Assembly: GCA_023818695.1 (NCBI GenBank)
Contig: JAMWCF010000004.1
Span: forward strand, 1 to 50,271
DNA from: Candidatus Omnitrophota bacterium
Lineage (GTDB): Bacteria > Omnitrophota > Gorgyraeia > 1-14-0-20-64-10
Length of the DNA stretch: 50,271 bases
Reading direction: 5' to 3'
Shown here: one piece after another, positions 35,348-45,000 of the stretch
How the letters are laid out: each line of letters opens with the position of its first letter
How positions within the stretch are numbered: position 1 is the stretch's first letter
Program-made: the position numbers and the translations under genes
Notes under the pieces: generated by a model
What the model was told of the DNA's origin: nothing
The model's input: only the letters and a program-made list of their open reading frames with translations
Databases searched by the model: none

Positions 35348-36214
35348 TCACTCTCTTTTGACCAGAAGATCGCGGTGAATCAGAAAGACGGCCTCGGTTT
35401 TCGTGCCGTTGAGGATTTTCCTGGCTTCCCCCAGCGGCATATACCGGGTCGATAAGCTGTTAAGCTCCAGAATCCGATCCAGCAGGCGCAGCCCCGATGC
35501 GGCGGCCGGTCCGTCAGGCTTGATCTGTTTGACCGTCAATCCCTGCGGCTCCATGTCGAGAGTGATCCCCGGCCATCCCCACAGCGATTTCCGGGGAAAG
35601 ACAACCCGGCGCTGGATGGTGATCTGCACGGAGGTGGCGGCAGGCCCCAGAAGTATTCCGGCAACCTGCTCCGCCCCCATGAAAGCCAGGGAGTACCCCC
35701 AGGAGCTGACGATGAAATCCCCCGGCTCGATGCCGGAGCGGTCCGCCAGCGAATCTTTCCTGACCCCTTTGACCTCCGGCAGGTTCTTGTTGATCTCCAG
35801 CGTCAACCCCCACTGTTGAAGCAGTGCCTCTGTGGGATCGCCGACCGGCTGCATCAGCTCCGCCTTGTTCTTCATGTCGGCCAAGCGGTTGAGGGCGTCT
35901 TGCGCCTCCCTGAATTCAGGCTTGATCTGCAAAGCGCGCCGGTAAAACATCCTGGCGAGACCAAAGTTCCCTTCCTCCAACGCCTGGTTGCCCATGAAGA
36001 GGTAGTTGCGCTCCGGATCATCGTAGAAGATCTCCTGCATATCGCGCTTTAAGATCGTCCATTCCCCCGCCTCGGTGCTGACAATCACCCGGTCATGGTG
36101 TTCCTCCACAACAAGGCCCTTGAGGGACTCCCCCGACTTGTAGTAGACCACATCCGCGTAAGCCGCCGGCGCCAGGCAGAAGGCGAGAGACAGGGAAAGA
36201 ATCAGTCTTTGCAC
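35348..36214 (-). CDS. Secreted TPR + tandem PDZ-domain protein
   Basis: Signal peptide, DVVYYKSGESLKG small domain, one TPR, two PDZ-like segments (SLADRSGIEPGDFI; GPAAASGLRLLDRIL). Confidence 0.8.
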   Translation of the reverse strand: MQRLILSLSLAFCLAPAAYADVVYYKSGESLKGLVVEEHHDRVIVSTEAGEWTILKRDMQEIFYDDPERNYLFMGNQALEEGNFGLARMFYRRALQIKPEFREAQDALNRLADMKNKAELMQPVGDPTEALLQQWGLTLEINKNLPEVKGVRKDSLADRSGIEPGDFIVSSWGYSLAFMGAEQVAGILLGPAATSVQITIQRRVVFPRKSLWGWPGITLDMEPQGLTVKQIKPDGPAAASGLRLLDRILELNSLSTRYMPLGEARKILNGTKTEAVFLIHRDLLVKRE

Positions 36215-37128
36215 AGTTTCCTGTAGCTTTCGTAGTGATGAATGGCGAATCCCCCGAAACTTTTCTTCGAACCCAAAGCGGTTCGGACCTTGACGAGCTC
36301 CCGCATGAAATCGGAGCAGGTCTGCCCGCCGAAAGTGACGTACGCCGGGAAAAGACCGTCCTGGGTTTCCTGTCCGACCATCACGGTCTTTCCGATCTGC
36401 TCCGCGTAATCAATCTCTTTTTGGACCAGGAAAATCGTCCCGTCCGGCCCTTCCGCGAAATTCCGGTAAGCCAGGACCGTCACGGAATCGGCCGTGTCGA
36501 TCACATGATAGGAAGCCGGCTTGATCTGCCCCCGCCACAGGATCCGGTAATTGGAGTCGTCGTCGAACCAGAAGGGGATGTCGACGCCGAAGTGAAGGGG
36601 GGCGGAATCCGCCTGAAGCGCGTCGGCGATCCTGGCGTGGAGATCGAGAAACCCGCCTAGCAGTTCGGCGGGACGCTCGTTCCAGGATTTGGAGAGCAGG
36701 TAGACCTCGATGTCCGTGTGGATCCCGTCGAACCGCTCGGAGGGGCTGGCGGCGGCGTTGAGCTGCCGGATCGATTCCACCCATTGCATGGGAACTGCGT
36801 GGTAGCGGGTCATTCCCCACCGGGGATCCCCCGCCAGGGCGTGCACCCTCAAGCCGGCCGAGTGGGCCTGCCGGTTGAAATCCCGGTAGACCTTGTCCAT
36901 CGGGGCTTTCAGGTTGTAGGCGGACACATAAAGGATGTCAATCCCGTGCCGGCGGCAGAACTCGAGCAGTCTGCTGCGCGAATCCGGCTTAACCAGAAGA
37001 CCGGCGTCCCAGACCCACATCGCCCGAGACTCATACGCCCTCGACAGAACCGCTTCCGCCGCCGTGGGGGCTGCGGTAAAGAAACAAGACACTACCCCCA
37101 TCGCTGCGAGGAGCCTTTGTGCGGACAC
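36202..37128 (-). CDS. Secreted GH18-like TIM-barrel protein (putative glycoside hydrolase)
   Basis: RAMWVWD, VHALAGDPRW, RFDGIHTDIEVY (D-x-E), DIPFWFD, LAYRN, VGQET, FGGFAIHHY. Start placed at GTG 37128, after the upstream stop. Confidence 0.72.
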   Translation of the reverse strand: MSAQRLLAAMGVVSCFFTAAPTAAEAVLSRAYESRAMWVWDAGLLVKPDSRSRLLEFCRRHGIDILYVSAYNLKAPMDKVYRDFNRQAHSAGLRVHALAGDPRWGMTRYHAVPMQWVESIRQLNAAASPSERFDGIHTDIEVYLLSKSWNERPAELLGGFLDLHARIADALQADSAPLHFGVDIPFWFDDDSNYRILWRGQIKPASYHVIDTADSVTVLAYRNFAEGPDGTIFLVQKEIDYAEQIGKTVMVGQETQDGLFPAYVTFGGQTCSDFMRELVKVRTALGSKKSFGGFAIHHYESYRKLCKD

Positions 37129-37141
37129 TCCGGCGGACCTG

Positions 37142-37813
37142 TTACTCCAGGGCGATTTCATCCAGATAGATTGTTCCCGCGTGTCCCGCGTCTGAAAAGA
37201 GGTCTCCCTCAAAAACAATGGAAATCGACGCCAGCTGCGAATGGTCAATGAAATACTCATCCAAGGGGATCGTGGCCTTCTGCCACTGCTTCGTCAATTT
37301 GCCGGCGGGCAGGTACTTGCCGATCTCCTCCGACTTGACCGAATCCCCCACCCGGTCCCAATGCCTGTCGGAGAGCCCCACCACGAAGTTTTCATCCCCA
37401 TTCTCCCCCCGCACCCAGAAGGTGATCGCCTTGAAATCGGAGCCATCCAGATACTGCTCCTCGATCGGCGCCGGGTTGGGGTTATCCTCCGTCGGGGCGA
37501 CCAAAGCGCCCGGCGACTTCAGCAGGGTGTAATAACCGCACCAGCCGCCGGAGTCGTATGGCCCTCCCTGGTTCTGCTTTTCATATCGAAGCATCAGAAC
37601 ATGCGTGCTCTTTCCCTCAATGTTTTCCTCCCGGCGACCGACCATCGCCTTGGAGGGCGCTTTGATGAAAACGTTGCACCGGTTGTCCAGCTTGTTTTTG
37701 ACCTCGGAACCCTCAAAATCATCCACCACCAGGGTGGCGGCGGCGGTGTCCGCGGCGAATCCGGCGATCAGCACGCCGCTCAACAGAACGACGATTATCC
37801 TCATCTTTTTCAT
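37142..37813 (-). CDS. Secreted carbohydrate-binding (CBM11/CIA30-like galactose-binding fold) protein
   Basis: Signal peptide, LVVDDFE, GGWCGYYTLL, ITFWVRGENGDENF, WQKATIPL, GTIYLDEI; AAGGAG RBS. Confidence 0.78.
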   Translation of the reverse strand: MKKMRIIVVLLSGVLIAGFAADTAAATLVVDDFEGSEVKNKLDNRCNVFIKAPSKAMVGRREENIEGKSTHVLMLRYEKQNQGGPYDSGGWCGYYTLLKSPGALVAPTEDNPNPAPIEEQYLDGSDFKAITFWVRGENGDENFVVGLSDRHWDRVGDSVKSEEIGKYLPAGKLTKQWQKATIPLDEYFIDHSQLASISIVFEGDLFSDAGHAGTIYLDEIALE

Positions 37814-37826
37814 CGCATTCCACTCC

Positions 37827-38444
37827 TTACTCAAACTGCAAATCGTCCACGTAGACCGTTCCCCGACCCGCGCCGCCTGGCAGAACGGACCCCTCAAAAC
37901 AGACCGCCAGCGATGCGAGCTCCTTCAGATCGACCAGAAAAACGCTCAACGGGATGGTGGCCTTCTGCCACTCCGTGGTGAGTTTTCCCGCCGGCAGATA
38001 ACTGCCGATCGCCTCCGATTTCACCGAATCGCCAACTTCATCCCAATGGCGGTCCGAGACGCCGATCACGAAATTCTCGCTGCCGGTCTCCCCTTTCACC
38101 CAGAATGTGATGACCTGGTAGGGGGTGGCGTCGAAATACTTCGAGCTGGTCTTCAGCAGGGTGTAATAACCGCACCAGCCGCCGGAGTCGTACGGCCCTC
38201 CCTTGGCTTTCTTGTCGTATTTGATCATCAGGGAGCCGCTGCCGGAATAGGCCTGCTCCTTGACCCGCAGCGCCAGGGCCCGGGAGGGCTCCTGAACGTA
38301 GGTGTTGGATCGGCCGCCAATCTTGTTGCCTGAAGTCTCAAAATCATCGATCAGCAGCGCCGCAAAAGCCGGAACAGCCGACATGGTCATGAAAAAGACA
38401 GTGAGAACAGCCACCCATTCTTTCTTATCCGCTTTCATCCTCAT
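37827..38444 (-). CDS. Secreted carbohydrate-binding (CBM11/CIA30-like) protein, close paralog of 37142-37813
   Basis: LLIDDFE, GGPYDSGGWCGYYTLLK, ITFWVKGETGSENF, WQKATIPL, GTVYVDDL. Confidence 0.78.
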   Translation of the reverse strand: MRMKADKKEWVAVLTVFFMTMSAVPAFAALLIDDFETSGNKIGGRSNTYVQEPSRALALRVKEQAYSGSGSLMIKYDKKAKGGPYDSGGWCGYYTLLKTSSKYFDATPYQVITFWVKGETGSENFVIGVSDRHWDEVGDSVKSEAIGSYLPAGKLTTEWQKATIPLSVFLVDLKELASLAVCFEGSVLPGGAGRGTVYVDDLQFE

Positions 38445-39664
38445 TCTCCCCATTCGTTCAGCAGGTCTTCCTGCGACTTTCGGTTCAACCGAAGGTTGTC
38501 GATAAAAACGGCACCTCTACCGGGCTTCGGGAAATTAATCACGAAGGAGCCCATCTGCGTCCAATCTAGCTTACCAAAATCGGACAGCGGTATCACTACT
38601 TCTTGCCACTGGGTTGTCACCCCCTGAGGAAGGTATCTGTCCACCATGCCGGCCTTGACGGAATCGCCGATCGTCAGCCAGGATTTATCCGCCATCCCGA
38701 TCTCAAAGGTTTCCCCTCCCTTCTCCCCCCGGACCCAGAAGGAGACGTTCTTGTAGGGGGTCAAATCGTAATAGGCGCCGTCGATCTGGTTGAGGAGGGT
38801 GTAATAGCCGCACCAGCCGGTGGTCTGCTTGTCGAAATCCAGCCGCAGGCTCCGACCGTGCTCCCCCATGCGGGGGTCCTCCACGCGGCTGAACTCGCAG
38901 ACCGACGGCAGCCGCTTGTAGGCGTTGGCCTTGCGCCCCAGCAGGTTTACGTCGGTGTGGTCGAAATTGTCCAGCAGCAGATACCCCTTCTCCTGAATCT
39001 CCCCTTCCCGGTCCACCAGAAGCTCCTTGTGGAACTCGATATCGCTGATCCAGAGGGTCCCCTCCCCCTCCTCGTTGAAATTCAGGACGATGGTGTAGAC
39101 TCTCTTCAGGTCGGCGCCGAAAAAATCCTCGAGGGGAACGATCACCTGCCGCCACTCGGTGGTGATCCCATCGGGCAGGTAGCGGTAGATGGAGCCGGCG
39201 ATGACGGCGTCCTCCCTTTTATTCGAGACGGTGTCGTTCATCCCCAGTTCAAAGGTCTCCCCTCCCTTCTTGCCCCTAACCCAGAAGGTCATCGTCAGGT
39301 ATTCCGAAAGATCGCCGAGGATCACGATGTAGCCGCCGACGAAAGCCGGGTAAGGGGTTTTCAGGTACCGGAAATACATCGCCTCTTCGGAATCCTTCGT
39401 CCTGCGGTTCTTGGCGTCGCGGAAGACGCCGTATTTGCAGGGGCGCATGGCGTATCCACCGATCCGGCCCCGCTGAGCGAACTGCAGCTCTCCCCAGAAC
39501 AACTGGGTTCCCTGCGGCAGCGCCGGAATGTCGTCGAGCGGAACCGGAGACGCCTGGGAACCGGCCTGCTGCGCCTGCGCAGCGCCGTCGGCGGCCCAGA
39601 CAAGCGGCAAGGGGCCAGCGGCCGGTGAAAAAAGTAGCACAAAAAGAACAACGCTCCTTTTCAT
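38441..39664 (-). CDS. Secreted protein with two CBM11/CIA30-like domains
   Basis: Signal peptide and two copies of FWVRG..GGETFE.GM.D..I/V.RYLP.G.TT.W..V..PL. ATGA overlap with the upstream gene. Confidence 0.8.
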   Translation of the reverse strand: MKRSVVLFVLLFSPAAGPLPLVWAADGAAQAQQAGSQASPVPLDDIPALPQGTQLFWGELQFAQRGRIGGYAMRPCKYGVFRDAKNRRTKDSEEAMYFRYLKTPYPAFVGGYIVILGDLSEYLTMTFWVRGKKGGETFELGMNDTVSNKREDAVIAGSIYRYLPDGITTEWRQVIVPLEDFFGADLKRVYTIVLNFNEEGEGTLWISDIEFHKELLVDREGEIQEKGYLLLDNFDHTDVNLLGRKANAYKRLPSVCEFSRVEDPRMGEHGRSLRLDFDKQTTGWCGYYTLLNQIDGAYYDLTPYKNVSFWVRGEKGGETFEIGMADKSWLTIGDSVKAGMVDRYLPQGVTTQWQEVVIPLSDFGKLDWTQMGSFVINFPKPGRGAVFIDNLRLNRKSQEDLLNEWGE

Positions 39665-41970
39665 TCCTTCAACTCCAGTATATTGAAGCTCGTGGGATCG
39701 CCCCACTGCCGTTCCGGAGAAGTCGACATCAGGCATTTCTGCGGCTGGCGGGTCTCATCCGTGTCGGAGCCGTCGAACATCATCCCCAACCGGAAACCGG
39801 CTTGAAGCTTCCTGGCGTTCAAAACCCCCATCTGCAGGGCGTACTGTTCCTTGGAAATCCCGCCGGGAAGCTTCTCCCCTTCTTCCGGCTTGACTCCGAC
39901 CTTCTTGACGACGCCTTGGAACAGGACGGAGGCCGGAATCCGGATTTCCATCGCGTAGCCGCGCTCCATTGTCCGGGCGGCGATCTGGATCTGCTTCAGG
40001 ACGGCGGCTTCGATGGAGGGGACCCACACGTGCGCCTCCGGCTTCAAGGAGCCGAAATTGCCGGGGCTGAAGCCGAACTGGAAATCATCGGAGGAATTCA
40101 CCGCCTCCTTGAAATCGCCGTAGAGGTCGGCGTCGAACCAGACCTCGAGATGATCCCCCTCCCACATGTCGCCGCCGGTCTTCTCCTGAACAATCGTGTT
40201 GTCCTGCACCTCCACCGCCATCAGAATCGCATCCGGCTCCCAGCGAAGCCCCAGCTTAAAGCTGATGTCATGCGGCCCGCTCCAAGCCCCCACCCCGTAC
40301 ACCACCTGGTTCTTCTTATTGAGAAGAATCCAGTTGGTCCCCTCCCAGTCGGCGAGGTCCCCGTCTATGGCGACCGGTTTCTCGGACCGGGCCACGTCGA
40401 GCTTCGGGATCTTCTCGGAACGCTCCCGCACCGGAACATTGCGTCCCTTCTGCAGAAGCCGGTAGCTCTCGTAGCAGTGGATGGCCAACCCCCCGAAGCC
40501 GGGCGCCTCCATGAAGGTCTCCGCCACTTTGATCAGCTCCCTCTCCATGTCGGCCCATCCCTCTTCATGGAAGGTGTTCCGGCGCTTGCCCTGGTTCATC
40601 TGGACTAGATCCTGGGTCTCCACGCCGATCACCATCTTCTTTCCGGTCCGGTTGGCCATGTCGATGTGGAAACGGGCGTTTTCGATGATATCGGTGGCGG
40701 TGTCGTAATAATCCATCAGGGCGGCATAATCGACATTTTTCAGAATCCCCTCCTCCAGCTCCGGGCTGCTCTTGTAGAAGACCGGAATGGCGGCTCCCAT
40801 TTCGAAATGGTGGTCCCCCTGCTTCTTGTCGATCAACTCCCGAAGGGCCGCCAGCAGTTCCAGGAAGTCGGCGGTCAGCTGCTCCCGGTCGCCGGTTTCC
40901 CATTCGGAGGTGAGGTACGGTTCGATGTCCAAAGAAACGCCGTCGATCTTCTCTTCAGCGGGACGTTTTGTGTTGTAGTTCAGGTAGCCCCCCACCCAGT
41001 CGAGAACCTGCTGGTGGTTGGCCTTCAAAGCCCAGAGGGGATTGCCCTGCAGAGCCTCGACCTTGACCCCCGCGGCATGCGCATCTTTCAGGAATTCGGC
41101 CAGCGACTGCTGGTAGCTCTCCGGGGTCCGGTCGATCGGCTCCTCCCCGAGGTAGATGTAAATTACGTCGATCGCCGTCGCCTTGCAGAAACCGAGCAGC
41201 TCCTGGCGGACATCCATCCGGGCCAGCGGATCGGTCTTCCAAACCCACATGTACCGCGGGAAGCGGGGATCCTTGACGGCCTTGGGCTTGTTCTCCTCCT
41301 GCATCCGCTCGACATCCTCATCGTAGGTGAACATGATGTCGTCGATCTGGATGGCCCCCTGCCCCTCGTAGCGGAACCAGAGAACCAACGACCCCATGCG
41401 GGACATGTTCATTTCGGTCCGTAGCCCGATCAAAGGAACCTTGACCTGCTGCCAATCGGTGGTGACCCCTTCGTCCAGAAAGGACATGATGGAACCGACG
41501 TAGACGGAATCGATCTCCAGATCCTGCATCGTTTCATCCGCCATCCCGATGTCGAACCGCTCCCCCCCCTGCTCCCCCCTCACCCAGAAGGTCAGGGCGT
41601 TGTGCTTCGTCACATCGATGCCGTTCAAGAGGGTGTACCAGCCGCACCAACCGCCGGTCTTGGAGAATTCCAGACGAAGGACCCGCCCCTCCTTGCCGGG
41701 ACGGGTGTCCGGAACTTTGGTGATGACAGTATAGGAAGGCCTGCGCGCCCAGGTTCCCTGGAAAGCGTCCAAACGGTTGTTCCGTTCGGCGAAAAGCCCT
41801 TGGGTTGCCCCGGTTTCAAAATCATCCACAAGGATCGATTCCGGCCGCTTAGGGGTGGAGGCCGCGGCATCCGGGGGGGATTGTTGAGCCGCTGCCGGAA
41901 GACAGAGTCCAACCATCGCGGCGGCCAACAGGAGTGCAAACAGGAGAAACGCCCTTCTGTGGGGTGACAT
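39661..41970 (-). CDS. Secreted multidomain carbohydrate-active protein: CBM11-like + GH18-like TIM barrel + CBM9/DOMON-like domain
   Basis: ILVDDFE..GWCGWYTLL; RYMWVW..IDGVSLDIEPY..LMDY..IGVET..FGGLAIH; IDGDLADW..V.DN..WEGDHLEVWFD..GYAMEIRIP. Confidence 0.8.
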   Translation of the reverse strand: MSPHRRAFLLFALLLAAAMVGLCLPAAAQQSPPDAAASTPKRPESILVDDFETGATQGLFAERNNRLDAFQGTWARRPSYTVITKVPDTRPGKEGRVLRLEFSKTGGWCGWYTLLNGIDVTKHNALTFWVRGEQGGERFDIGMADETMQDLEIDSVYVGSIMSFLDEGVTTDWQQVKVPLIGLRTEMNMSRMGSLVLWFRYEGQGAIQIDDIMFTYDEDVERMQEENKPKAVKDPRFPRYMWVWKTDPLARMDVRQELLGFCKATAIDVIYIYLGEEPIDRTPESYQQSLAEFLKDAHAAGVKVEALQGNPLWALKANHQQVLDWVGGYLNYNTKRPAEEKIDGVSLDIEPYLTSEWETGDREQLTADFLELLAALRELIDKKQGDHHFEMGAAIPVFYKSSPELEEGILKNVDYAALMDYYDTATDIIENARFHIDMANRTGKKMVIGVETQDLVQMNQGKRRNTFHEEGWADMERELIKVAETFMEAPGFGGLAIHCYESYRLLQKGRNVPVRERSEKIPKLDVARSEKPVAIDGDLADWEGTNWILLNKKNQVVYGVGAWSGPHDISFKLGLRWEPDAILMAVEVQDNTIVQEKTGGDMWEGDHLEVWFDADLYGDFKEAVNSSDDFQFGFSPGNFGSLKPEAHVWVPSIEAAVLKQIQIAARTMERGYAMEIRIPASVLFQGVVKKVGVKPEEGEKLPGGISKEQYALQMGVLNARKLQAGFRLGMMFDGSDTDETRQPQKCLMSTSPERQWGDPTSFNILELKE

Positions 41971-41992
41971 CAGATGCAATTCTCTACCTAAC

Positions 41993-42021
41993 ATTATACC
42001 AGATAAGGAGATGGGTTGGAA
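41993..42021 (-). promoter_or_regulatory. Extended -10 sigma70 promoter for the carbohydrate operon
   Basis: TTCCAA (42021-42016), 17-nt spacer, TG-G-TATAAT (-10 at 41998-41993). Confidence 0.65.
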
Positions 42022-42028
42022 GGTGGGA

Positions 42029-45000
42029 TTACGCCATGACGGCCAGCGCCTGCTCGACCTCCAGCAGCTCCGATTCCGGGATCACCGACGGCTCCACGCC
42101 GGCCAAGTTGGCAACCAACTGCCTCAAGATGGAACGGAAACTCTGCCCTTCCAGAGGACGGCGTTCCAGAAGGGTGAAACGGAGGAATTCGGCTTTTTGC
42201 TTGAACAGGTTCAGCGTCGTGTCCGATTCGGCGCCGTATTCCTGAATGGTAACCGAGAAACCGCGGCTCATCCAGCCGATCAGAAGATCCTCCATCGTCT
42301 TCTTCTCTTCCGGCACGATCACGATCTGGGCGCTGCCGATGGTCATCGGGCGGCCGATCAGCCGGGCCAGCGTCGGATCGGCTTGCGCAATCTGCGGGGT
42401 CACCGCCACGATCCGAAGCTCCTGCACGACCGCCTCCGGTTCCACCAGCGGGATCCCCCACTTCTCGGAGAAACGGCGGATCACCCCGCCGGCCCACTCG
42501 GTCGACGCCTCCAGGCCGGCGGTGGGGGCCGGCGGCTGGGGGACCTGGATCGGATGGGAGCGGAGGGAAACGGCCGCCTCCCCCGTCGCTTCGCTGACAA
42601 TCACCAAGACCTCCTGCTGTTTGGGGATGAAAGCAGCGCCTCTCTGCTCGTAAATCTCTGGAAGCCGGGGACCTTGCTGATCCCTCTTGCCGCCGAAAAT
42701 CCGTTCCCCCTTTTCGCCGTAGGTCACCTGGCCGCCCCGGTAAAAATCGCCGTAAATCGGTCTGCCCCTCGCATCCTTTCCAATCGGCTGCAATGTGATG
42801 GGCGCTTCCCTGCCGTCCGGCCCTTTTCTGTTGTATTCATCCAGGGTCACCTGCTGGGTGATCAGACCAACCGGCAGGCCGTCCTCGAAAGTCTGGAAAC
42901 CAACCAACCCGTGCGTGGGGACCAGGACCCTGGCGGCATTCTCCGGATCCCGGTTGATGACGATCCCCAGACGAATCGCCCTCTGATCGACGAACAGACC
43001 GCTGGGGGCCAGCCGGAACGGGCCAGTGACCAGCTCCCCGACCGGTCCGGTCATGTAAACGTTGAAGGTCTGCCTCCCTTTCAGATGCAGAAGACGGCCT
43101 GAAATCTGGACAACCCGTTCGACCGGCCGGATCACCCCATCCTTCTTGACAAAGACCATGCTCCTGCCCCACCGGTCTCCTCCCTCAAAGACCGGATCGA
43201 CCAGCCAGATTTGGTTCGTCTTCGCGCCGTCGATCGAAACAGGGGCCACCTCTCCTGGCTTCCCATGGATCCGGACGACCCCGCCGGCCCCGAAACCGCC
43301 GGCGCCGGCCGCCGGATCGACCCCCAGTAAAGGATCCAGAACAGAGGCGGTGGCTGGGGTCGGAATCGGAAGACTGGAGAGGGTCGGGATCGGTTCCCCG
43401 CGGCTGTCCCTGTCTTTCAGGTCCGCGAGCAGGAGCCGGAGTCGCGTCTTCTTCGTTTCAAGCTGGCGGATATGCAGATCCATCCCCTCCCGGACCGCCG
43501 GGATTATCTCCACGCCGGGACCGGTTTCCCCTGGCCGTCGGAAAGGAACCGGATGGGGACCCCGGGTCAGATCTCCCTGATGAAAATCGACCAGCGCAAT
43601 CTGCGCCTCCGTCTCCCGGATGGCCGCGGCGTTGGCGACCGCCCACGCCGCCTTCAGTTTGTCGGCATCCTTGCCGGCATCCAGCACGGCGATCTGGGCC
43701 TTCTTATAATCGATCTGGGCCCGCCAGACCTTTTCCACCAAGCGGAACCCATCCTGGGAGTGGACCAGCACCTCTCCTTTCATCGGCTGCTGGGTCAACT
43801 CCATCCGTCCCTGCCTGATCTGCAATTGCAATTGGTCAATCTGAGACTGCAACCGGGCCTTCTCCTGGGCGAAAAACTGCTCGGAGGCGGTCACCACTTT
43901 CGCCGCATCCGGCGGCGGATCGGCCACACCGGGCGACACCGACGGGGTGAGTCCCTCCCATCCAAGTATGGTCGCGCTGAACTCCGCGCGCAGGATCCCG
44001 CCGACCACGTAGGTCACCGCCAACTGCTCGTAATGGTCCCTGGCGGAATGGGCCCCCTGAATTAGCTGGAGGTAAACAGCGGCTTGGTACTCGGTCCCTT
44101 CCATCGATTTCCGGACCCGATCCAGGTGGTACTGCAGGCCTCGACGCGCTTCCTGAAGCCGGCCGATCTGGTACTGGAGCCCGGCTCTCGCATCGGACAG
44201 GCGCCCAGTGAAGAAAGGGACTCCCCCCATCGCTTCTATTCTTTCCTTCTGGCTGGCCGGAGGCCGGCCCGGCCCGCCGCGGCTCAAAACCTCCTTCAGA
44301 TAAGCGTTGGCCTGGTCAAGCCGGCTCTGCGCCTTGCTCACTTCCAGAAGAGCCAAGTCGATAGCTAATTCGATCTGCTGGATCTCCCCCAGCGCTTTCT
44401 GTACGGCAATTTTGGAGTCACGCAGTTCGCTCTCCGCCAGGCTGATGCGGATCGGCTGGGACACCAGCGCCTTGTAGGCCAGGTTGATATTGACAAAACC
44501 CTGGTGCACCTCCAGAAGCCCCAGCACCCTCGCCCGGACCGGGTCGCTGATCTGCAGGGGATCGTCACCGGTCCCGGTGCCAGAAGCCGGCAGGGGAAGC
44601 CCAAGCGAATCCAGGAGTTTCAGGTTGGCCAGCCCTCCTTGCCGGCGGGAGAGTTCCAACTGATCGGCCTGAACCTCCAACTGGTAGAGGCGGGCCTCAG
44701 TCGCCGTCAACGGCCTGGGAGGCGGGATCTTCAGCTTGGCCCGCATCTGGTCAACCCGGACCTGCGCGACCCGGATGGTGGCCGTGTTGACCGCCTTCTG
44801 GGCGGCGGCCGCGGCTGCCGGATTGGCCGGACCCACAGCGGCCTGCGCCTGCCTGGCTTTCGCTTCGTCGATCAGCGCCTGCACCACCGGGATCTGTCCG
44901 GAGAGAACCAGCGACATCTGACCCAGTTGCTGCCGCTCCTTTCTGGCCTGCAGGATCTCTTCGGAGGCCTGCCTCATATCCCGCAGCGCCAGCTGCTGCT

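Noticed and set aside
41971-41994. ATG 41994 as start of the 777-aa ORF (similarly the extended starts at 10596, 11558, 14997, 37260, 37897, 39736)
   Set aside because: These extensions overlap a -10 box or upstream genes. Downstream starts give signal peptides, RBSs or stop/start overlaps.
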